The notes beneath the pieces were generated by a model that had not been told where the DNA came from, searched no databases, and was given only the letters and a program-made list of their open reading frames with translations. Below, piece after piece: positions 52,101 to 64,000 of a stretch of 64,000 bases of DNA (its first letter is position 1; every line of letters starts with the position of its first letter). The position numbers were made by a program, and so were the translations under genes. This DNA comes from Tubulanus polymorphus (lineage: Eukaryota; Animalia; Nemertea): assembly GCF_964204645.1 (NCBI RefSeq), contig NC_134028.1:25168345-25232344 (forward strand), in the 5' to 3' direction.

Positions 52101-54183
52101 GAGCTCGTTGATAGCAAGATCAAGGAATTAATGTTGAATTGAATAGACAGTGTACACGGGGACTATAAGGAGACCCGCGGGATCGCTAATTTACACATTT
52201 TACATCCATTTTGTAGACTGAATGCAAATATTTTCAGTTCCCCGTGATCCTGGTGAGAACGGTATAAAGCGCGATGGCTTGAATTTACCGCATCGGTTCA
52301 TGGTCGCTTCCTGGCCGCGACGATACGACGGCCGCACGACCTTCGCCATCGATCTGTACGAAACGCGCAACTGAAAACCACTTCGACGCTATTTACCATC
52401 AGGTTTCATTCGGTACAAAGTAGAAAAGCCGTCTTCGCTGCGCTAGACGCTGTCGTCTGGTGGTGATGATCGCGTGACGTCACGCGTGAAATTTGCATAA
52501 TGTTGACATCACGGCTTCGTTGTTTTGGTCGTATACGTACCAGGCGTTTAATCCGGTGTGGCGAATCCCACTCGGTGTCGTTCTAAACGCGGCGGTGGTC
52601 AGCAAGAAAATTCGTTACCGACAAGCATTTTAAAGTTTTCTACACGCACCGCGTGGTTAACACACTGTTGCTAATTTCGACTTTAAACCGTTAATTGATG
52701 AGTGGTGATGATTCTGCGAATTGCGATGTTTACTGGATGATTTTAGTTCTATTAATAACCCTGAAGTTGTTTGATGTTTTGAAGGACATGGCCTCCATGA
52801 CGCCGACGATATTATGACCAGGTCGAAGACGGAAAAGTCACCAGTGGTAGAAAGATCGTCGCAAGTGCTTCATCTATAAAACGATTATTTACTCGCTGGG
52901 ATGTAACATAGCGTACGCAGCCGGACTTCAGTAGTTGTAAAATGGATGTAGCCCTTTCTGTCATGTTGGCTACTTTAGTGCTCTATTCGATATTTCCAGG
53001 TAGGTACAAAAACTTCTTTTTTTTTCTATATGATATTTCGATGATATTCCAGAATTTAAGCTGTAACTATATTGCTGTTCGTTCAAACGGTCAGTGTCGA
53101 TCAGTGGGGTAAATAAACGATTGGCTTGGTGCAAGTTTTGGTCACTTTGGAGGCTGACACCGGGACTCGATTGCAATTTTGGCATTCGATATTTACTTTT
53201 AGTTACTGCTGCAATATTTCGGTAGCATTTAGTGGTTAGGTAATTAATGAAACTACATCTAACGTGTAGTGACTAATTATTTGTTTTAAACGTTCAAGGA
53301 GCTGTCAAAAACAAATTCTCCACAGTTCTGTTGGTTCAAATTGTTAGTATCACGAGGCTGTTTTATATGACGACTTATACGTTCTTTATCCTAGGTTTTA
53401 GAGTTCGAACGAGTTTATTTCGCATCAAAATTGAGAATTAGATGTGGAACAGGTATGCCAGTGCAATTTCACGGAACACCTCGAGTCATAATAACACAAT
53501 AAATGGAACTTCTGTAATGTCGGTCTTTGAAAGTCGACCGACCTGGTCCTCCCACACTGGGCTAGATTTAGTCTACCCGATAAACCATCAGTTAGATAGA
53601 CTTAAATGAATTAGCTGATATGTAGTTGATACGCGGTCCTTTTTAATTTCTGCTTGAAGAAAATCTGCCTTTTAATGTCTAACGAATCCCCATTTAGCGA
53701 AATCACGGGAAGACAAGTTTCGTCGGGTATGGTGCGTCGTCGTACATTATTTATACGAAGACCAATCTAAAAACATATGTCCTCAGTCACCGGTGAGCCT
53801 CGGGGACGGCTCGGCCGTCGTCTCCTCCATAAATAAATCATCAAATGACAAAGTGAATACCATTAACAAAACCTTGAATAACGTCTCAGGGAAATTAAAC
53901 CGGCGATTTCTATCAGAGAAGTAGAGGGTTGTTGTTTAGACGCAAGAAAATGAATAAAAATGATTTTACTCAATAAATAGCTGTATATTTTTTTAATAAG
54001 ATTTCATATGAATTAATAGTCATATAAATTCGCATGAAAATTAATTAATAAACATTGCAATATAATTGATACCTAGAATAGGCATCGCATGGTGTTAGGA
54101 TATTATTTGCCGAAAATTAATAATCGAAGATAATTTTTTATAAAAGTGTAAAAACTAAATCTTGAAGTGAACTGTTTGATTAA

Positions 54184-54358
54184 GCCCAACGCACATGACC
54201 CAAACGCAGAAATACGGACACAAACATGTTTGATCTCAGAAACGTTGATACCGAAACCATGTTACTCGTTTCTCGTAAACGCACCCGACACGGGGAAACG
54301 CACGGAAACACGTTTCTGTTTCCCGTATCCGTGTTTCCCTGCGCCGTGTGCGAAGGAC
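54184..54358. mobile_element. Possible degenerate MITE
   Basis: cgcacatg...cgcagaaatacggacac is an imperfect inverse of gtatccgtgtttccctgcgccgtgtgcg. Confidence 0.3.
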
Positions 54359-57300
54359 GGTCGTTCCTTGTGGTCGAAATATGCGCCGGATTTTGCGTCG
54401 AATATTGGTAAAAAATCGAAATTATTCTATATCAATTGAAAACGGAAATAAAGGCGAATGGATTAAACGAATGGAACCCGTGCTGAGTTTAGCAATCTTC
54501 TTATTAGGTTTTCCATCAAAAGATTCTCACGCGCTTCTTTCTCGTCCGTTTTAACGACCCGACGCCGTTAGATAGTTTGAATACGACGCCTTCTGTTACC
54601 ATCAGCAGCATCGACGTTTTTCGAAAAGAATATATAGAATACATATTTGTATAAAGGAAAACAAACACTTCTGAATAAATCGTGAAACACCTGCGCGATT
54701 GCTTTCTACGAAACTATTGTCCCGATATGTATGTCCTATAAAAGATCTTAAAATCGAAACCTATACAGTACAACGACGATATTATTTGATACATATTTTC
54801 TGCGTTTGTCAATCGGTTGGTGCAGCTCCCCCCCCCCATACCGCGTTTTCTTGCATATACATGAAATATGTAGATTGTCTCCTGTGAGAATTAGATAGTT
54901 GCGACGCGCGTATTTCGAGCGTGTTTCTATTAGACTTTAACGCGCCCGCCGTTGCTTTTACTCACGACGACCTGAAAAGAAAATGTTCCTCTTAATTTCC
55001 GGATGACGCTGGCAAGAAATCCGCGGCTCAGACCGTAACCGCAATTGATTATTCTATTTATGCCGTTTTGACTGTAATCGAAGATGTGCGAGCGAAGCAT
55101 GGCCATCGCGCTGACGCGTATTCGAGACGTTACTCGTCTTTTGACAGTTTTAAGCGCCGAGCCGAACTGGCGAAGAGTTTAATTCAAAAATACTAGAAGT
55201 ATTTCGGGTGGTTCCCACCACCCTTCTCCAGTCTAAAATGATATAATCAAATTACAAAGGTTTCAGTGCTCATAATAAACTCCTTTCGAAATACATCAGT
55301 GCTATAGGCCCCCTAACCTAGCTATGTGCAGTGATTCGTTTCTTATTTTATGTTTAAATGATGTGTGTAGGCTGAAGAAAGGTTGTAGGTGTCTTCGAAA
55401 TATGTTTAATATTCTAATTAACTTTAATCAGATTAGAGGTTTTCATCGATTGTGGGATTTTACATTTAATGAATTGAATGAATTTCTATTCTAATGCATC
55501 TTTAATGTAGATAATGTACACTATTGACACGATGAAGGACAGGAGCCCGGAGTGTTAGCAAAGGAAGCGCTCCACCTTATGCGAAAACACTGAGTGTATC
55601 ATTGATGAGATGACTACACTATAAGTATTTTCAATTTTAAACAAGTGTAGGTACGTTAGGACCCTGTTAATATCTTCCACTCTTAAGGAAACGTGGCATC
55701 GGACACTGTACAAACGAATTCGTTGTTAACCCTGAGTTGCTAACACAGGGTAGATTAGTTTTCTGACTCGAAAGTAATTATTCGAGGTATAACTAAAATT
55801 CTCGAAAGATGTTTTTAAAATATGATTACAATATTGAAATATGCAACGTTTAGATACGATTAAGATTTATTAGATTTACTAGATCTATTTGTCCTCTCTT
55901 CGTTCATCGTTTTTTTTTTCCTGCGTTCAGTTCCCTATGAAATGGATTATGTACGCGCGCGGTATTTTTGTCCGGTGTCATGAATTCTGATTAGCTGTCT
56001 CTTATCCACCGTCGTACGGAGGAGGCATAAACGATAAACCGGCGATAGAAAAGAGAGAAGAGAGAGCACGAAAACTTGTTTGTGACCGGCGCGGCGCGTA
56101 AGATATAAATCCTATGATCTGTGACATGTAGGCTTCTACCGGTGGGAGAGTGTGGTATATTTGATCCTGGGTCGTCCAGCAGAGGAAATTAACGCCACTG
56201 ATAAGACGACCAATCCCCGATGACTGCTTCTCGATATCATAACATCTTTATCCCATTTTATATCCGCGTAGTTTATAAACACGGTCATATTTACCGATAC
56301 TCGTTCTCTCAATGGCGCTCTGTATTTACAAGTGCACGAACTGCCTATTAAACCCTACTTGTCAATAAAAATATCTTATTTCGTCATAAATCGAAGTATT
56401 TGTCGAAATTGAGCTCTTTCTGGGGTTTTCGATGACGAGAAATCCGGTTGACGAGAAATGCCTGAAAAACATCTAAGCTCGAAATGCAATTATTTAGTTT
56501 ATCTTCAGTATCTATTTGAAATCTGTCATCACGATGTCTTGCTTTATTACGTATATATGATATATTCAATCTTCCAAGTGTTCCAACAGGCATTTTTAGT
56601 CATGAACTTGATAATCGAAGAACCGGGCCACAGACTAGGAAAAAGATTACTCTCTTAATTCTCTCTAATTGTGGTCTTTATGGGTGAATGATTTATAGTA
56701 TAGAAGCTAACGACTCTATTCAGCTAAACCGTCAAAATGAAAGGTATATTTTGGACGGTAAGCCTTTCCGCAGCGAAAAGCATGGCTTGTAACACGCTAT
56801 AAGCTCATCGTAGATAAGAACTCTGGGTCCAAATAGTTCACATTTTTCGAAGCGTGAATTTCTATATATGTAAAAACGAAAAAAAGCCGATTATCTTTCA
56901 TATACGTAATACACAACGGAGCAGATCGAATTTATGTGTGGCTGTTCGCATTTTTATCGGAGTTTTTCTCTGGTTATACGTATATATATAGATCAACTTA
57001 ACCCGTCGACCACGCTCAAAGCGTCCCATCGCCAAGGAGAGCGTAGCTGATGTAACCTAACACGATAGTGGCCGCCTCGCCGAGAATTGAGAGGTTTCGA
57101 GCAAAGAAATGCGGAAATGAAAGACCCGATCGGCTATTCACGCCAGAGTTAGTACCCGGCCGCAAAAAGCCTATACTCCATCGAGGTAAAAAAAAAACAA
57201 GATTCTCTTACTTAAGCTTAAGCCCAGCGGCGAAATAAACATCGAAACGAGAAGAAAAATGGTTCGTTTTTAATGTTGAGTCCAATAGTAAAATAGGCGA

Positions 57301-57692
57301 TGATTTGGACAGAAATGTCTTGAATTGTCATTTTCTTGTTGGGAAGGAGTCGATATCATGGAAGGGTTGGGATATGAAATTCCATATTCCAAATGCACGA
57401 TCATTATGATATAACTGCGAGAAGGTTCAGGAGGACTTAAAGTAAAGTGTCAGGTTATGTTGGAACACAAGCAAAACTATCATAATCCTCTCCCGGTCCT
57501 GGCAGTGGTTGCTCCACAGAGATATCCGTCGCTCTACGACCCTGTGGTACATCAAACACTAAGGTGCATGGTGAACCATAATCCGAACATTGTTTACCGA
57601 AACAAACACCGATCGCGTACTATATTTCACTTCCTGTGTAAATTCAATTTGCGAGTAATTAATTTGTCGAGCTGGTCATACGATACATTAAT

Positions 57693-57837
57693 CTGAGGCT
57701 AGTTGCATAGTTACGGCTTAGATTTTAGACTGGTCTAAGACCAACTAAAGTTCTATACTCGATCTAACAACTTAAGACCAGTCTTAAGATTTAAGACCAC
57801 TTTTGGACTTAAGTCACGACTGTGCAACTGGGCCCAG
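57693..57837. mobile_element. Family A PIF/Harbinger-like MITE copy
   Basis: Near-full-length reverse complement of 8866-9008, with CTG and CAG flanks. Confidence 0.8.
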
Positions 57838-59293
57838 GTGCTAAAACAGTTTACAAAGGATTCATATACGAGGACGATGTTTGTGAACTGATGAACTTTG
57901 TGAATTATGGGAAAATACAGCAAATTATACAGCGTTTACTACAGATTGACGACTGAGATGGATGTATATATTCTATAAAATATATGTTCAAGACATTTCA
58001 ATTAGCGTTTCATTCCGAGATTAAAAGCGTAATATCTGGAAAGGCAAATGGAAAAGAAAGATGCGAAGATGGATTGACGCTAAGTTGTGATCCGGGAATT
58101 CGGGGCTGATTTCGGTTCAGTCCTGGCACAGCTACCATTCTCTCATTGACTGATATCAATCTCAACATTCAGAATTGATTAGTTAAACCCACACTTGATG
58201 ATTATAACGTTTATTGTCAGGCAGTTTCTCTAAACTCCATCTTGAGAGAAAGCAAACATATCTTTGTTCCTCTATTTTAGTTTCCCTGATAAGATGTCAG
58301 ACACGTTCTAATCATCATCTAAGGGTTTATCATTGTCATTTCGTTATCATTCAACGTCGACGATATTAAGCAAGATACATGTTACTCTTTTTAAGGTGTC
58401 AATAAAGCTTTACGATTATAGTTTTTTTTTGTTTTCTACAACAACCGATGACGTCACCGAGGGGGTACGCGTACGGGACGTAATTGGATAATTTTCTGAC
58501 GGAGAGTCGTTGCGCTAATAAACTGCGGCCCGGCTCTCTTCCGTGGCTAGCGACGGTATAATAACGGAGAGTCTGATTGCTACATAACCCGAACTGATTT
58601 ATCTGACGGCGAATAATTGCCACATTTTCGCCATCAACGCAATTCAAAAATAGCGATGACTTGTTTATTGTACCCCGGGTGTTCGCTAAAACCGCTCGAT
58701 GATCATTCACGCGCTATTTTTTTTCGATGCGGTTATTTCTGCGTGGACCGCAGCGACTCTCTGAATTGTGACTTTTTATTCAGCGCCGAACCGAGCGCTC
58801 GGGAATTGTGTCTCTTGATGGGCACCGGCGGATCGAGTATTCCGTAATCTTTATACATATTTATAGTATCGTGATTCCCCGATACTAGAGGACCAAAACC
58901 AATTCAGCGCTCTCGGATATAAACATTTTTTATTAATAATGATTTTCTCATCTCAGAGGTATCAACTAGCCGAAGCTTTATTTATATTTGATATATATAT
59001 ATATATAATAAGATGCCTGATGATATTTTGATGGATAGACATTTCATGACGAAGCCACATTCTGAGAGGAGAACATCCTCCCCAAACACACTTTCCGCTG
59101 CTAATATCACTGAGTTTTGCGCAAGAGTGTTTCCTAAGAATTGCTATTGACCTTCGTTCTGACCTTGACCAATACATGCCTAACCAAACCCTCCCTCCTC
59201 ATCTGCATATAGAGGTTCATCTGACGTCACAGCGCGTCATATTGGACGGCAAGTAAAAAGAAAATCAACTTAATAATAATCAACTAAAATCCG

Positions 59294-59477
59294 TATCAGC
59301 TGTAGATACATGAATAACCCCACAAATTTGCGAGGCATATATCAGCTGTAGATATATAAAATGCCCCACAAATTTGCGAGGTATATATCAGCTGTAGATA
59401 TATAAAATGCCCCACAAATTTGCGAGGTATATATCAACTGTAGATACATGAAATGCCCCACAACTTTGCGAGGCATA
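59294..59477 (+). repeat. 46-bp minisatellite, 4 copies
   Basis: Unit tatcagctgtagatatataaaatgccccacaaatttgcgaggtata starts at 59294, 59340, 59386 and 59432. Confidence 0.92.
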
Positions 59478-60971
59478 TACATGAATAATTTCAGTGACTA
59501 CCCGAAACCTCGCCGCTTCACCTGTTGACTAACAGCCATCATCAGGTGGAATTCATGTGTGGGACAATTTTTATTCAAAATGCGTAATTTGTCAGTGATT
59601 TCATCGTAGATTTTTCTATATACTTTAAAGCAACAACTATCGGAATCGAAAATGGTGAGTATGAAATTCAACACATTTTTATTCAACGCAACATTCATAT
59701 GGCGTAAACAGTGAACATTTATTTTCGGTGATATTTTATTTTCACGCGCCACGCTTACGTCTAATTGTTTAATTACTTCGATTAAGCACGCTAATGAAAT
59801 ACGTGCGTATACTATTATTAGAACGCTATTTTCGTTAGGAAGGAATTTTCGCTAGGTGTAAGCGTTTTTCGTAGAAATTTTGTAACTCTTTTGAAATCGC
59901 TATTAAATTCGTGCGTATTATTTTTTTCATACACCGGTGTCGACTAGATAGATTAAACTCTTATCTCTGTTTATAGCTAAACCTGGAATCAATGGAACGG
60001 GTAAGTTCGTGGTAGATAGACCGTTAGTTCCCACTTATCACTATAGGAGGCATGGATTTATGTATGTCGTCGTATTTCGCACAGTTTTTTGAAATAGAGA
60101 TTATCTGATCCGGCGCCGATAAACAGGTGCACGTCAAACAGGTGCACGCTACACAACGGATTCGCTCGGTGACGTTTTCAAAGGATAGAAACGATAAACC
60201 CACAATTTCAAAAGTATGATCATTTATATTCGGACGCTGTCCGAAAACTGTAGCCAATTTTTGCAACAATGAAATACTCTATTGATAACGGTAGAAATGT
60301 CGGGTCCATCTTGTGATTAATTTTCGAAAAAAAAAACAGAACCGAAACGTCTAAGAATATATACATCCTTTTGAAATTGTGGGTGTGATCGTTTGTAGGT
60401 CGAGGTCGCCGTGGTGTCGGTTTGGTGCCTAACGCGCATATCCCTCACCGTTGAAAAGGTTTATGTTTTTATCTGATTACCCACGACGTACGTGATGGGA
60501 CTAAAGTTCCGTTAATTATTAATTAAAACGACTAATTAACGTTGTACGGTCGGTGTTTTGCTTTGCATATGAATTTTTTAAGCCCCCGAGCAGTTGCAGC
60601 GTCGAATTCGAAGACGCAATAGCCTAGAAAAACGAGGTGCATTTTTCGTGTGTTGTGTCTATATATTTTATTTTGCTGCTTTGAATCGATTTTCTCCGTA
60701 AAACTATAAAGCGTATTGAAGTATTGTTGTCTGTGTTAGTTGAAACGGCGAAATAGAAATGCATAAGGTGAAATTGTCTACATCAGCGGTACGATGAATG
60801 ACGAATTAGACTTGTTTGTATCCGGCTTGTCCGCTGTGTGAAATGACAATATCGCTGTGAAACCTGGACAAAAAAACAGAACCCGCGGAATCCATTCTCG
60901 TCGAAATAAATCATAATGTTACGACAACGGTTGTAAAAGCATTGGCCGGCTGGCTGTGTACACATACACCG

Positions 60972-60994
60972 CACTCACTCACTCACTCACTCAC
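60972..60994 (+). repeat. (CACT)5 microsatellite
   Basis: Read directly from the sequence. Confidence 0.8.
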
Positions 60995-61825
60995 ACGGAG
61001 ATAGAGAAAAAGGTCGTTATGTAAATGAATTAGATCGTATAATGTTGCATAGAAAATAATGACAAATCACTGACTAACGGCGATGACTGATAAACGAAGC
61101 ACTTCGTCCTAAACACGTTCGTAGACGTGTAACTGTACGCCATTAGATATATCACCGATGATACTCGTTCCACGCGATCCTGACGCTCGTTCCGCCGCGC
61201 CGCCATTGTTAATCCGATTTGACGACGCTGTATTTTCGGTGTTCTTTAATAATCGGGACGGGGGTCGTCGACTCCTACGTCAAATATTCGTTTGTTCGCG
61301 TGTAAATCACGGGTTTCTCAGATATATCGCGTTCGATGGTGAATTTTAGCAACGCTATTTTCTGTCCTATTCTCGAAGAATGGTCGACGTCGGAAATCCG
61401 GAACAGAGCGAAAGAGTAACGAGCGAACTATCAGTTTGGAATACCAAAACTGGAACTGACTTTATTTTTACACATAGCTATTTATATAACACAGATTCAG
61501 ACAGGTTGAGACATGGAAAATGATACAAAAACAAAGGTGACGAGTAGTGACATGACAGTGAGACAAACAACAATTAACACATTCTGACACAGACAAACAG
61601 TCTCAGAGGACAATGAGTAATAAGATGGAGACATAAACAATAAAGAAATACGAAATATAGATGAAATATGTATAACAATTATCAGTGACATTTAGTGTTG
61701 TTAAAGAATGACAAAAAACGCGAACGAGTTTTTAGTGCTTAATTTACGGCTTTGTGTATCGATCGTGTAATTGAATAAGCCTTGTATTTGATTACCTGTG
61801 ATGTGGTCGGTTTTTTCTATCCTTC

Positions 61826-61903
61826 GTAACTCGTTGGATATAGCGTGTTTCACTTTGACTGTGGGAGTTTGAACTGAGAAGTGGTGGGTTCGAACCTCGG
61901 TGC
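61826..61903 (+). mobile_element. tRNA-derived SINE-like head (degenerate)
   Basis: A-box-like taactcgttgg and B-box gggttcgaacc, with no complete cloverleaf. Confidence 0.35.
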
Positions 61904-61978
61904 GAAAAATTATGATCGTCCCCGAGTCACCGTTACAACAACGAAAGTCCAGCTGTTATCGCACCTATATTTACAGAT

Positions 61979-62080
61979 CGGGGTCCAGTTTCACAGTCGA
62001 GTGTTGAGATTTGACTCTGAGTTAAAACATTGAAAATGAACTAATTTCAACTCTTATTTACAACTGAGGAACTGGATCTG
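61979..62080. mobile_element. Family B MITE copy
   Basis: gggtccagtttcacag...agatttgactctgagttaaaacattgaaaatgaac...ggaactggatc matches 16223-16336. Confidence 0.7.
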
Positions 62081-64000
62081 GGATATAAACCGATTTTAAC
62101 CTCCCTTTATTCAAATATATGTAATTTTTCAACTTAATTCTCAACAGGGTGGTGGTGCATGAGCACCTCCTAAACGCTGGGTTACCACAAAAAGATGTTC
62201 CTTGTCACTTGAATAAAAACGTGTCCTATCTATTTTCAACCTTAACTATTTTCAATAATTGCTACTTTCTCTGCTCCATCCTATTTCACGTGAAATCGAG
62301 CGGAGCCTAGCGCATACAGCAAGGCATAGACCCGAAATACCAAAGAGAAACTTCCTCTTTGGTATTTCGGGTCCATGTCTTGCCAAACGCTTTTCTGGCT
62401 TGTTTCACGCGCGTTGCTGCAAAACACGAAACATCGTTTCCCGAAACCGTATCTTGCTGTGCGCGCTGACGCGATCCAAAAAATGCCGGGAGGTTTGTAC
62501 ATTAAAACACAAGAAAAGTCGTCCTCTGCACTCTCTGCCTCTCCGCGAGCTCTTGGTCTCTCAATCTCTCTCTCTCGCTCTCCTATCTCTACCTCCTCGT
62601 TCGTCTCTCCTCACGGTCGCTGATTTTTGCCTGAAATGTGCTCTCTCACATTTGAGTGCTCTTATCCACATAAGCGTCATGTACAGCTGTTTTTCTCGAT
62701 CTCTACACGGCGCACTATACTTAAAAACTACTCGTCACGCAATGCGTCTGTCAAACATATCAACATTAACCATTTTTGACGATATTATTACGAATGTATA
62801 GCCGTATATTACGAATATACTAGAACGATCTTCAAAACGGGCAATATTGTTTTATCAGACCCGCTGACACTTTGAACGGCCATGCGACCATGTATCAGAC
62901 GGTTCGCTTCTTAGCGATGTATCTTCGATATGCGGTCCTAAAACCTTTCGCTTTCTAGCAATATATCTTCGGTATGTTGCGGCATTGTGGGCGATTTGTT
63001 GGAATTATAGAATTTCCACCGACAAAAAAATACGCATAATTAGATAGTACGGTGTGAGCGAAAAAAAATTCAATGAAATCCTGATTGGCCAGAAATATGT
63101 CACTATAACCGCGTGCGTCTAAACGCCTCCTTTTCGCGCAATGCTCCCCATTTCAATAGATCAATATAAGGAGTCAATGATGTTGCGAATCCTTTAAGAT
63201 TGACTTCCTTGTCAGAGAAATATCCACGAAGCAGAAACGTGTCTAAAACCAGTGATATATCGATAAATGACCACGTGTACTTTTGCCGCTTTTCTAGTCG
63301 CTATAGAGGTTTTTAATGGACGTCACGCGCACTTTTCGCATTCGTCGTTTATTGGCCGTCAAATGGTTCGGCCTGTTTACCTCATTTGGACGTAAAAACC
63401 ACGCAGGATTCCACGTAAGACTTTGACTAACAGAAATTGCTCCAAATAACCAGAAAGATGCTGACAGATTCCTCGGAGGATTCGCGCAAGGATGAAACGG
63501 TGTTTATGCGATATTGAATCGATAATGATACGATATGAATCTGCTGCACTCATCCATATGTAAACTCGGCACACAAAGACCTCGCAGTGTTTAAACCTAT
63601 ATATAAAACAGCGCCAATACAAACTCAGTAAATAGAAGAATGTTCCTGTGGTGTAGAACATGTTTACAATCGGATAAAATGTGCAACGAGAAATTGCTTC
63701 AAACACCATCCTCGCCAAAATTAGGTTTCTTGGATTCTTCTTTTTTTTTAGTTTCGTTCCTATGGGAAAATGTTTTAGTTGTTTTTTCTTTCGGTAGATT
63801 GATAATGAACGAAGATCGAGCGTCCGTCGCGCCCTCCGGTGGGATAGGTGAAGTTGCCCTTGTACCACACGGAGACCCGGAGCAATTTGATTTCTCCGGC
63901 GTTATTAGATTCGATTACGATTACGATTTATTTACACTCCAACCATTTCCATGGTATATGGAGGAAAACTATTACACATGTATATACAAATATTTACAAA

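Noticed and set aside
59294-59477. Regularly spaced repeats resembling a CRISPR array
   Set aside because: The units are head-to-tail with no unique spacers, there are no cas genes, and the context is eukaryotic.
60121-60148. Tandem 15-bp duplication containing CAGGTG (a similar duplication is at 44438-44467)
   Set aside because: Two-copy micro-duplications are common slippage products.
62259-62801. 180-aa plus-strand ORF
   Set aside because: It has a TTG start, crosses CT-rich low-complexity sequence and shows no recognisable motif.
63377-63868. 163-aa minus-strand ORF as a protein-coding gene
   Set aside because: It has a non-ATG start, A-run-derived Lys stretches and UTR-like composition. 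It is kept only as a possible 5' exon.

Overview
This is eukaryotic DNA: AT-rich, with GT-AG introns and plentiful CpG, most likely a bilaterian invertebrate. The first 14 kb holds the 5' half of an intron-rich Miro/RHOT mitochondrial Rho GTPase gene (minus strand, 10 coding exons, running off the window), a tRNA-Lys(TTT), and two tandem 4-exon glutathione S-transferase paralogues (Delta/Epsilon/Theta-like, 216 aa each). The remaining ~50 kb has only one recognisable CDS, an intronless 711-aa type I membrane protein (35914-38049). It has a signal peptide, an unrecognised N-terminal domain, 4 EGF-like and 4 TSP1 repeats, an AGG-led transmembrane helix and a short tail ending DDDDDDDDDEW. That layout recalls apicomplexan TRAP/MIC2 adhesins and the WASP-type acidic-Trp motif, and is the most interesting observation here. 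Non-coding DNA carries many short non-autonomous DNA-transposon-like elements (piggyBac-like with TTAA, PIF/Harbinger-like with CWG flanks, P-like, foldbacks with B-boxes), simple repeats, CTCF-like motifs and a candidate 6-nt microexon. All calls are by eye; no database search was run.
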